A stretch of 44,191 nucleotides of DNA from Piptocephalis cylindrospora (taxonomy: Eukaryota). The position numbers and the translations under genes are program-made. The notes below the pieces were generated by a model. It was given only the letters and a program-made list of their open reading frames with translations. It was not told the origin of the DNA and ran no database searches. The stretch is from contig KZ987730.1 of assembly GCA_003614145.1 (NCBI GenBank), positions 1 to 44,191 on the forward strand. The letters run 5' to 3'. Positions 34,665 to 44,191 of the stretch are shown here, piece after piece (position 1 is the stretch's first letter; every line of letters begins with the position of its first letter).

Positions 34665-36432
34665 ATGTCCCCTGCGAGTCAATCCTCGGTTCTGGAAAGG
34701 ACCACTCATCAGGCCTTGCAGGATTTAGAGCTACCTACTCCCAAGCTCCTCCAGCTCCACGAGGCCTTTGGCAAGTCGTTGGCCACCAGTCTAGCCACTC
34801 ATCCCCACTCGGCCAGAGAGCTCCCCATGCTTCCCTCGTTCATTCGACGCCGGCCCACGGGTAATGAAACTGGGGCTTATCTGGCCCTGGACCTTGGAGG
34901 GACCAATCTACGAGTTTCCCTGGTCCGTCTACACGGTCAGGGTGAATGGTGCGTGGAGTCTCAGAGGGCCTGGGTGGTCCGAGAGGAGATCAAATCTGGG
35001 GAAGGAATTGATCTATTCCACTGGATGGCCGAGTGCATCGCCTCCTTTCTCTCCTCTTGCACCAAGGATGATGATGAGGTCGCCAGCATCCTTCATGGTT
35101 CATCCTCCCTCTCCCCTCCCAAAGAAGCAACTGATGTACCGACGATGATCCCCTTGGGATGGACCTTCTCCTTCCCCTTGGATCAAACTGCTTTGGACAA
35201 TGGGAAACTGACCATGTGGAACAAGGGATTTACATGCCCTGGAGTCGTAGGGAAGGATGTGGTCAAGATGCTCCAGCATGCATTGCACCAAATGGCCATC
35301 CCAGTTCGCGTGGTGGCCATCCTCAACGACACTGTCGGTGCTCTTCTGGCCTCGGGCTACAAGGATCCTCACACTGTCATTGGCGCCATCTTTGGTACCG
35401 GCACCAATGTCGCCTACTGGGAAGCCGGGGAGGAGGAGGGTGGGGTCGAGGCTATCAACACCGAATGGGGGGCCTTTGATGCTCAAAAGGCTCATCACCT
35501 TCCACTCACCCGGTACGACCGGGATTTAGATGCCGCCACCGCTAATCCAGGTGATCAGATCTTTGAAAAGATGATCTCTGGCCTCTACCTCGGGGAACTA
35601 GTCCGTCTCGTCCTTGTTCATCTCGTTGATGAGGGTGGACTCTTTTCCGAAGGACAGGATGAGGATGAGGATCAGGCTTGCGCCCCCAATGACAAGGGAA
35701 GGAAGCGCCCCGCAAAGTCTTCCTCCCCCTCATCCTCCAACTCAGAGGAAGAAGAGATCATCGCGGGAAAGGGTCTCGGGTCAAGAAAGCGATCCTCTAC
35801 CCAGGTATTGAACGGAAGAAAGCGTAGGGCTACCATATCCAAGGAGGTTCAAACGGGTGGGGGTCATCTACTCGGGGTCATGTCCACCCCACCGGGGAGC
35901 GGAAGGCCTGATCGGGAAAAGGGGGAGGCCATGGCCAAGCGCACCTTGATCCTCCGTACACATGGATCCCTTGGGACTGCAGCGGTGAGCATGGTGATCC
36001 TAGATGATACTCCCCAGCTGACCCAGGTGGATACTTGGCTCCGGGAAGTCTTGGGCCTCGAAGGCTCCTCCTCTCTTCGGGATCGTCGAGTCGTCCGATT
36101 GGTTTGTGAGGCAGTGGCCCGTAGGGCCTCCCGACTTGGCGCCATGTCCATGGCTGCTCTTCTCAAACGTTGCTTTCGGCTCCGAGAGACCCCTGAGGGC
36201 TCTCCGGAGGATACTCCCAAAGACAGCCCCCCCTGCCCCGCCCATGGAGTACATGAGTGTTGGGGGCGATGGCAGTGTCTTTGAGCACCTCCCTGGCTTC
36301 CGATCTGGGATGCACGATGGTATTATCGAGATCCTTGGGGTTGAACAAGGCTCCCGAATCCGATTTGACCTGGCCAAAGATGGCAGTGGTATTGGCGCTG
36401 CCCTTGCCGCCGCCCTTGCCGTCAGGCCTTGA
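34665..36432 (+). CDS. Hexokinase/glucokinase-family protein with a frame break near 36230
   Basis: ALDLGGTNLRV, LGWTFSFP, ILNDTVG, IFGTGTN, INTEWGAF and FEKMISGLYLGE lie in the first frame. DGSVFEHLPGF and DGSGIGAAL lie in the +1 frame. Confidence 0.9.
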
Positions 36433-36603
36433 CGATGAAACTGAGGATAATTGGGTAGCTGCGAGTGATGTGTGTTTCCCATGCGCCACCAGGAGACACA
36501 TGGACAAGGGCTGATATCTGATTAAAACGTACTTATTTGGCTGTCTTATCCATTTCTTTATTCTCATTTCATTCCCCATCATCATTCATGCATATCCCCA
36601 CCC

Positions 36604-37182
36604 TTAAGGAGATACAGTCTTGGTAAGGATGTGGGCATCGGATGGTGTTACCTGCACATAGTAATCCTTCTCCATGCCCACATCAGTAAAGCCATGGGAC
36701 CGGTAAAAGTCCAGGGCTTCCTGGTTGCCCTCCTGAACATGAAGGAAGACCTGGTTGAGGGAAGGGTTCTTGGGGCACACTTGAGTGAGGATGTAGTCAA
36801 GGAGGAGGGATCCGAGCCCGAGACGGCGATATGATTGAAGGATCCCAAGGGTCATGAGGTATAGACCCTCCCCGGACCCCAGGGACGGGGGCAGAGGGGC
36901 CCGTTTGCAACAAACGGCCCCGACACATACATCGTTCAAGTAGACGTAGCGAGCAAGCTCTCCGGATTGCACCACATCCCGGTAAAAGCCATCCTTGTAC
37001 TCAACGGGGAAGAGGGTGGCGTTGAGCCGACGGAGCAGACCCACATTGTTGACATTGACCTCAACGAGCGCCACCCGGTTCTTCTCCCCAATGTCCTTAG
37101 TCAGACGTGCCGATACACTGACCGGAGGAGAGAGATCCTGAGCATGGGTGGTTCCCTTGGAGGAGGCGAGGGAAGCGAGCAT
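36604..37182 (-). CDS. NAA50: N-alpha-acetyltransferase 50 (NatE catalytic subunit, GNAT)
   Basis: NNVGLLRRLN..LFPVEYKDGFY, VGAVCC, LYLMTLG, YRRLGLGS, FLHVQ..N..A..FY...GF and YY....P.DAHIL. Confidence 0.9.
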   Translation of the reverse strand: MLASLASSKGTTHAQDLSPPVSVSARLTKDIGEKNRVALVEVNVNNVGLLRRLNATLFPVEYKDGFYRDVVQSGELARYVYLNDVCVGAVCCKRAPLPPSLGSGEGLYLMTLGILQSYRRLGLGSLLLDYILTQVCPKNPSLNQVFLHVQEGNQEALDFYRSHGFTDVGMEKDYYVQVTPSDAHILTKTVSP

Positions 37183-37397
37183 GATGATGTGAGAGAAGGG
37201 GAGGGGAAGAAGGGGTGGTGAAGTAAGTGGATGCGGAGAGGTGGTGGAGGTGGAGTGTGTAGTATAAGAGCGGAGAGGAGCCGGGGCATTATTTCATATC
37301 CTTGTGGACGCGTTCGCTCTACTAGACAACGGCATTTCCTCTTCCTCTCCACCAGACCTGCCTGTGCAATACGCGATACCAACTCTTCAAGCTAAGG

Positions 37398-38261
37398 ATG
37401 ATGGAGCGGTCCTCAGCCATCACCCTCAAAACATGTAGATACCTAAGTTTAACCAAAGAGCAATTTAACGAGGTGGTCTATCAGTTTCTGGGTCGTTACG
37501 CTATCTTGGGACTCTCCACCGAGGATTGGATGTGGAGAGAAGCGGAAGGGATCCTGGAACATCGGCCCACTTTCCGACTACTTTCCTTGGATTCATCATC
37601 CCCTTCGAAAGATGTGACCCATGGGACGGGACATGGGGACGACATGATCCTAGAGATAGAACAAGAGGATGATCCTGGTGAATGGACAGGTGGCAGATTC
37701 CTCCCCAAGTCCATGGAGGGTCCACCCACGTCTTGGAGCACTTGGACCTACTTGATCCATTGGAGCCCTACATGGCGAGTGCCCATCCTGTACTTTACAT
37801 CGTGCACTCTTGGTAAGCGGAGAAAGGACAAGGATGGACCAGAACATCATTTTAAAAAAAACCGTCATGTGTATGGGTGCGGGAGGATAGATGGAAAGCC
37901 TCTGGACTTGAACACGGTCTACGCCATGACTCGGCCGCCCACCTCCCTTGAGCAAGATACCCTTCTTCGTACAGTCATCACCCCTCAGGTAAGTTGTTGT
38001 ACCATTGATAAAGTAGTACTCTGTTCACATATCCCTCAGCCATTGCCAGGATCAGGTATGCCGGGCTGGATGGTCCATCCCTGTGAAACCATACCTCTTC
38101 TCTCCCATATGACCCATTCAGTCCATCAGTCGCCCGGACTGGACCCATCGATCTACCTGGCCGTATGGCTTGGGATCTATGGGGCGATCCTTGGCCTGTA
38201 TATCGATCCACGACTCGCCATGCCCATCAATGTCGATGAAGATACACAGCATCAGAGATAG
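37398..38261 (+). CDS. ATG10: Autophagy E2-like conjugating enzyme Atg10; predicted introns 37813-37890 and 37989-38039
   Basis: YLIHWSPTWRVPILYF, DGKPL, catalytic VHPCET and C-terminal YLAVWLGIYGAILGL. Confidence 0.8.
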   Translation: MMERSSAITLKTCRYLSLTKEQFNEVVYQFLGRYAILGLSTEDWMWREAEGILEHRPTFRLLSLDSSSPSKDVTHGTGHGDDMILEIEQEDDPGEWTGGRFLPKSMEGPPTSWSTWTYLIHWSPTWRVPILYFTSCTLGKRRKDKDGPEHHFKKNRHVYGCGRIDGKPLDLNTVYAMTRPPTSLEQDTLLRTVITPQVSCCTIDKVVLCSHIPQPLPGSGMPGWMVHPCETIPLLSHMTHSVHQSPGLDPSIYLAVWLGIYGAILGLYIDPRLAMPINVDEDTQHQR

Positions 38262-38375
38262 TATTGCATATTTCTTCTCTCTCTCTCTTTCCAGCCCCTC
38301 TGGCTCCATGAAAAGATGAACTGGAAGGCCTTGTACAACAAAAGGAAAAATAATCCCTCCCCCGTCCTAGATTGC

Positions 38376-38769
38376 CTAGAAACCCCTCATGAGGTCTTCC
38401 AGTTGACCCGTCGCATCCTCCACTGCTCTCTGTTCCTGCTCCCATTGAATTGCCTTTTCTGTCCTTTCCCGCTCCACCCTCTCCTTTTCCTTGGCCTATT
38501 GTCGAGGATAGGCCGGTTAGTCATCGAAAGGGCTACCCATCCCCATCACTGTCACTTGCCTTGTCCGCCTTGCGTGTTAACCCAAGGTGCGGTAGTACAT
38601 TGGAGAGTTCCGTGTCTAACGTGCACAATTCCTCATCTCCTACCCGTCGTGCCTTTTTCTTGCCCTTGCCCTCCTTCACCGTCTGTTCCTTTTTTCCATA
38701 AGGGAACGTTCGTGATCCCAAGGAGCTTCGAATCTTGTTCTTTCCGTTGATCTTTTTTACTGTAGGCAT
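38376..38769 (-). CDS. Small two-exon protein (109 aa) with Lys-rich N-terminus and charged helical C-terminus; exons 38769-38560, 38495-38376
   Basis: AAG|GCAAGT donor, GACTAAC branch site and TAG acceptor. Exon 2 reads AKEKERVERERTEKAIQWEQEQRAVEDATGQLEDLMRGF*. Confidence 0.65.
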
Positions 38770-39133
38770 AATGGAATGAAGCAAAGTGAAAAGGAACCAG
38801 ATGCCTTTATACCCTACTTCCTCGACTAGACGCCATCGGATACAATAAAGGGATCAGTTCGTGTTCCGTACTTTCCTCTCTTTAACAGCACAGCAACGGT
38901 CTCTGCCAATCGGGCCAAAAGGGCCTCAAATTTGGTGAAAAGTGAACCATTGTGCCAACTAAAGCTTATTTCTGGACCCTGGGCGTAATAACGACAAGGT
39001 TCACGCAATAATGGTCGAATTATTTGCTTTTTTCTTTTTCCTGCTCATAGTGGATATTCATCAGGAGGGCGATGCCATCTCGTGCTCGGGGTCCTCCCCC
39101 ATTCTTCCTCTCCCCTCCCATCTTCCTCCCAGA

Positions 39134-39831
39134 ATGGCCAAGAGAAAGTCCGAGCAAGTAGGAAACGAGCCCGCGGTAGATGGAGGTTTTCAAGTGATAC
39201 CGGGGAAGAAGCAACGAAAGACAAAGATGACTCAGGTGGATGACAAGCAAGCACAAACCTCAGGTAAGAATGGTCCTATTACAATTACCATTGCTATTGC
39301 CACCATCGTCATTAGAGCAGGATACTCGATCTGTCTTGTCGATTTGGCCATGAATGATCACTCACCCACCTCCATTCATATGTAGCATTGGCCTACCTGA
39401 CACAATGGTCCAAAGAGAGAGAGGCATGGAAATTTCAAAAGGTCAAGCAAAGTTGGCTACTTAAGCACGTCTTTGACGCGGATCAAGTCGATCGATCAGC
39501 CTTTCGTCAGCTTGTCAAGTACCTTTCTGGGGTTCAAGGGGCGGCTAGAGACCGGCTTTTGGAGCAATGTCGATCCATCAAGGCCGAGCCCAAGCCTACT
39601 GCTGAGGAGAAGACCGAGGAGGAGGCTACGGCGACCGAGCCGAAAGATGACGCTGGCCAGGAGATAACAGACTCAAAGGATGAGGCTGACAAGGAGGCGA
39701 TCAAGTCGACGAATGGGACTGAAAAGGCGGCGGCTGAGCCCGTAAAAGCCCCAGGAGTCTCTGAAAAGGCCCTACAGACATGGGAGGAAAGGAGAAGAAG
39801 GGCAAAAAAGATCATCAAGGCTTTGGGATGA
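39134..39831 (+). CDS. WKF-domain (DUF2373, C7orf50/YCR016W-like) protein; exons 39134-39263, 39386-39831
   Basis: ALAYLTQW....AWKFQKVKQSWLLKH...YLSGVQGAARDRL and C-terminal RAKKIIKALG. The phase-1 intron keeps frame. Confidence 0.85.
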
Positions 39832-40065
39832 TGATCCTTGATGTAAGCGGCGGACTCCCGAGACTGTGCGTCGTAGAGGAGTGATATGTTATTATTATTA
39901 CTATGATGCTATGAATCAGTATATCCTCTTCTTTCACCTTGAAGGGATGTACTCCCTTGCGAATTCACTCAATCTTCAACTATAACGGATACTGCGTTCA
40001 AAACACCAAAGCTCCATGAAATGAAAATGTCCCTAGATCCCATTACCCTTCCACCCATGACCCTC

Positions 40066-40767
40066 TCAAGCCCCTTGAATGACATTGACCAGCCAATCCA
40101 GTCCCTCATTCAGCCCCTCGCCCTTGACCGCGCTAGTCTTGTAGATCGACCAGGTACGACTCTTGAGCAATGATAAACCCAGGCCCTCAGAGACTTCAGC
40201 GGGCGACATGGCGCCGGGCATGTCCTGCTTATTGGCAAATACCAGAAGCGCCGCATCTCGCATTTCCTCCTCCTCTAGCATCGCAATCAGCTCCTCTTTG
40301 GATGTCGCTAGTCGATCCCGGTCACACGAATCCACCACATAGATCACCGCATCCGTATTGGCATAGTAACATCGCCAGTAGGGTCGGATGCTCGTCTGGC
40401 CTCCAAGGTCCCATACTTGGAACTTGATGTTCTTATACGTCACCGTTTCCATGTTGAATCCAATGGCTATTACGATGAGCAGGATGGAGAGATAAGCATG
40501 GCCCGTCGATGGAAGTGATCAATGGGAAAAAACTTACTGGGAATAGTGGATACCACCTCGCCAACCTAGACAACATTCACGTCAGGGTAAGTGATGACCT
40601 AGTAGACCTAGCCGAGATCCTCCAGTGCATCCCCTCCCCCATCCCCTACTCACCTGCATCCGGTATAGAATGGTCGTCTTCCCTGCGCCATCAAGTCCAA
40701 GGATCAGGATACGAACCTCCTTTTCCCCCCAAAGCCGGTTCAGGATCCCGGAAAACAGTTGGCCCAT
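40066..40767 (-). CDS. ARL1: ARF-like GTPase Arl1; exons 40767-40654, 40565-40538, 40466-40066
   Basis: MG myristoylation start, [40 protein letters not shown] and TSAVKGEGL. Confidence 0.96.
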
Positions 40768-41275
40768 GATGTCAGCAGAAGTATGTGTACGTGTGTGTGT
40801 CTGTGAGAGATTATGTCCAGGTGATGGGAAGGAGGCCCGGATAGTGACTTGGATGGTGATCAAAGCAGTAGGGTTTGCGCGTGCAAGGAAGGGAGGGGGA
40901 TGAGGCTTGGTCGACAGGGCTTCAATGAGAAAGGTGAATGAGTGTGGTGAGAAGATAGGAGTTTGGGTTGCTCTGGCGCCCAGGGGAGCGGGAGATACAG
41001 TAGTATCAGCTCCAGCAGAATCGGAGTGTGGACGACCCTGATATTGGGCATCTTTAAGGCTGGCTGTCGTCTGTCATGAGGGCTCGCCATATTCTGGAAG
41101 GAAGTGAGGCTTTGATATCCTGCAATGAAACGTTGCTCAGAAAGAACATGGGCTTTTTCAGCCTTCAATCTTGCACTGTATAAAACTAACATGGATCTAT
41201 CCCCTATGATACAATTCATCCTGCTCACACAGCACACCACATGATACTCATAAGGATGAAAAAATCATCGTAGAT

Positions 41276-41301
41276 TATATATATATATATATATATATAT
41301 A
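41276..41301. repeat. (TA)13 microsatellite
   Basis: Perfect dinucleotide run. Confidence 0.95.
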
Positions 41302-41355
41302 AGATGGTGTACTCCATCCTCACTCTCTCCATTACATTACACCATCCCAAGGTTA

Positions 41356-44191
41356 TCAAGAGACCTGGGAGCATCGATCGGATAAGGCCTTTATCCTCAC
41401 ATTGTACTCCTCCTGCTTCCGTGTCAAGATTGCCCGTGTACGCTGAGGTACGACAGGAAGTGTGCCGGATCGAGGTCGAACCCCACCCACCCCACCACTC
41501 TGACCAATTGCCCGATCAAGCAGGTTGATCTCAGCCCGTAACTTATTTATCCCTACTAGCTCCTCTGAAACCTGAGCATCCTTTTGCGCCAGGAGCTTGG
41601 CTTGCTGTAGGATTTGAAGATGAATCGTTGGTTCCTCCGCCTTGGACCCTGTGTCCATCTGGCCAGGCTGGGTCGATCCGCGCATTCGGGGCGGGGGCGT
41701 TGAGGTTCCAGGAGGGGGTACAGACTGGGGAATACCTGTTCTCCCCCCAATTCCCACTCCTGTCCCCACCACCCAGTCATCCCGAGCGCCAGTCATCCGA
41801 TCCCTACATCCCCTTTCTCCATCCTCCTCCCCCTCCTCCTCTCGCTCATCAGGTGGGGTGAGCCCATTACACATAGAGGGGGAAGGTGCTAGGTCAGCCT
41901 GGCTATGCCGGGAGGTTGGGTTACCAAAAGTGTCACTCTCTGAATCTCGTCGATTCAGCTGGGCTGGTCTCTTCCCCATCCCTTGGACCAGGGATCCAGG
42001 AGTAATTCCCCCAGCCTCGACAATATCCCCGTGAGTGGAGGAGATCGGGGAAGTTACTTCCGTAACCGATACGGATGTACTGCCTAAAAGTGAAGACATG
42101 GGCGAAGGTGTCGGAGCCTCTCCGCTCATGATGGCTGCAAGGTTGGGACTGGTCCCAAGGCCCCCCAATCTCCGTTCTCCTAGTAGGGGTGGGACTGGAG
42201 GGGGAGTGGGAGACATGGGCGATCGGCCAGGAAAGGATGGGGGAGCCCGTAGATCATCCAACCCCATGAACCGGGCCGTATTGGGTGTAGCTGACCGATT
42301 CATCATTTCCCGAGCGAGGGCTGCATTGGCCGATAAAATATCCTCAGGCAGTCCTATACCGCCAGTGTCATCCGACCCTGGCTTGCAAATGGTTGGCATG
42401 GTATAGCCGTATCTCGACAAACTGTCCTCATCCTCCTCCTCTCTACGATCTTCTCCCTCGGAAGCCTTTGATTTGGCCTCATTATCCGCTCCGGGAGTCT
42501 GAGTGGGTCCTTTGGTCAGGCGCGTAGGAGGGAGAAGCTTGGATCCTTTACCCATTCTAACTTGAGAATGGCTCAAGTTGAAGAGGTGGGATTTCCCTCC
42601 GTCCCTTGCGTTCACCCCCAGTCCCAATCCCAATTTTCTCTTTCCATTCACTGAATCAGGAGTGATGAAGATGAGTTACGTCCAGGGCAATCCCTAGCTC
42701 TTATCGTCCCTCGCTCTGCCCCCCCCATTTTTTAAAAATAAACAATTTAAACACTTACTTGACTGAGATTCATCAGAGGCCACCAGGGTGGATCCAGAGG
42801 AGGAGGTGGACCCCCAACTCCCATGACTTCCCTTCCCATGCCCATGTCCTGACCCCTCAGTTCCAGACTTGAACTGAGGAAGCATGGTAGAAGATCGGGC
42901 TCTTCGAGCGTACATCCCTTTCCCGATAATGACCTCACCACGTCCTCCAACTTCCCCAGCACTAGAGTCTTGGCTGGAACGGCCATTTACAGTTGTATCA
43001 GGATTGGAGGGTGTGAAACCGCCATGAGAAACAGACCGACCCCGAATTCCAGGGTTGCCTCCACCAGGGGATAGGCCAATTCCAACACCCAACCCTATCC
43101 TTGTTCCCTTCGGCCCGCGTCCAACACTCAGGCCACGTTTCCCTCCTGACCCGGATGATTCTTCCTGTCCCCCCAGATCGCCACCTTCGGTAGATCCAGA
43201 AAGTGCACTGCCACTTGTCGTGGACGTAACCGGATGGGACCTTGGAATCTTGGAAGGGGAAGGAGACCTGCAGGAGGCATCTTGGGAGGATACTGAGGAA
43301 GAAGGAGGCCGAAGCTGATGGTGGGACTTGTACTTTCTCAAGGAAGGACCTAAAGTCATGGACCTTCCTTTGAGACTTGCTTGATCCATACTCTTCTCAC
43401 CCGCCTTGTTAGTGTAACTTCCTGCCATACCAGCGGTATGGGTTCTGTTTCCACGGAAGCCCCCTTTCGAGTCAATACTAGAAGTGGCCATGGCTCCCAT
43501 TCCCTCAGCCTTCTTCCCTTGAGCCAGTCCCTTCTCCCCCTTGCCATTTACGCCAAGTACATCCATCCTCTCATTCGCCTCAAGGATCTCCTTTTGGGCA
43601 TTTTGAAGCAAATCAGGAGCTTTACCATCGGAAGGCTCCTCCCCCCCAAAAATGACATCTACGGCCTCTCGGACTCCCCCGCCTTCTTCATCCCGCAAGA
43701 GCTTCTCCTTGACCTGCTCCAAAACCACCCGTACCAAACGGGCATTCTTCTTTTCCAGGCTCATCCTTTCTTTGGAAAGGAGATGAAGATGTTCAACAAG
43801 CTGTTCTCGTTGGCGGTGAGCTCGGGAAAGGGCTCGAAGGATCCTTTGATGCCCAGCCCTATCCTCCATTTCCTCCTCCCCCTCGACTTGTTCATGATTA
43901 GCCCAGGGAGGACGGGCTCGGGAGGGAGTGCCTGACACAGGGCCTTCCAAGTTGACGCCATCTTCCCCAATGTCCTCTCCCTCCTGGCTCTCCTCGACCC
44001 CCGAGCCAATATCCACATCCCGCCCATCGGGGAGACTAAGGGTCCAGGGTCGACCGAGAACCTCGGCCCGAACCGTCTCTTCAGCACGGTCCCGACCAAT
44101 ACCCGTCAGACGGCGTCGTACCTCACCCAGCTCAGTCTCTAATCGCTCTGCTTCGTCGTGTAATGTCTCAGCTTCTGATGTAGCAGCCCCT
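41356..44191 (-). CDS. Large coiled-coil/disordered protein, 5' end outside the window; intron 42758-42651
   Basis: The frame is open from the window end (..EAERLETELGEVRRRL..) through the 42694-44016 ORF. A GTAAGT..CAG intron joins it in frame to the 41356-42651 ORF. Heptad-like segments flank Ser/Gly/Pro-rich regions. Confidence 0.7.

Noticed and set aside
38316..38750. 144-aa plus-strand ORF
   Set aside because: It overlaps the better-supported spliced minus-strand gene 38376-38769.

Overview
This is a gene-dense eukaryotic window, almost certainly fungal. It has short (50-120 nt) spliceosomal introns, pyrimidine-rich promoters and fungal-type orthologues; an early-diverging lineage such as Zoopagomycota is my guess, not shown. 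Recognisable genes are a REX1/RNH70-like exonuclease split into two opposite-strand pieces, two Yra1/ALYREF paralogues, a minimal kinase-like protein, SEN2, THR4, a Pcl-type cyclin, SPC3, a DH-BAR-SH3 RhoGEF, a hexokinase with a frame break, NAA50, ATG10, a WKF-domain protein and ARL1. There are also several orphan secreted, membrane or coiled-coil proteins. The best novelty candidate is a secreted multi-peptide precursor (20409-21578, minus) with Kex2/Ste13-type processing sites flanking an Arg/Trp/Gly peptide and His-rich peptides. Other oddities are a rearranged or chimeric first kilobase, a base-paired element in a putative 5'UTR intron of one Yra1 paralogue, a long structured cyclin intron, and three predicted GC-AG introns, one of which reveals a gene the ORF track does not show whole. 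I found no tRNA, rRNA, CRISPR or transposase. All family calls are motif recognition by eye; no searches were run.
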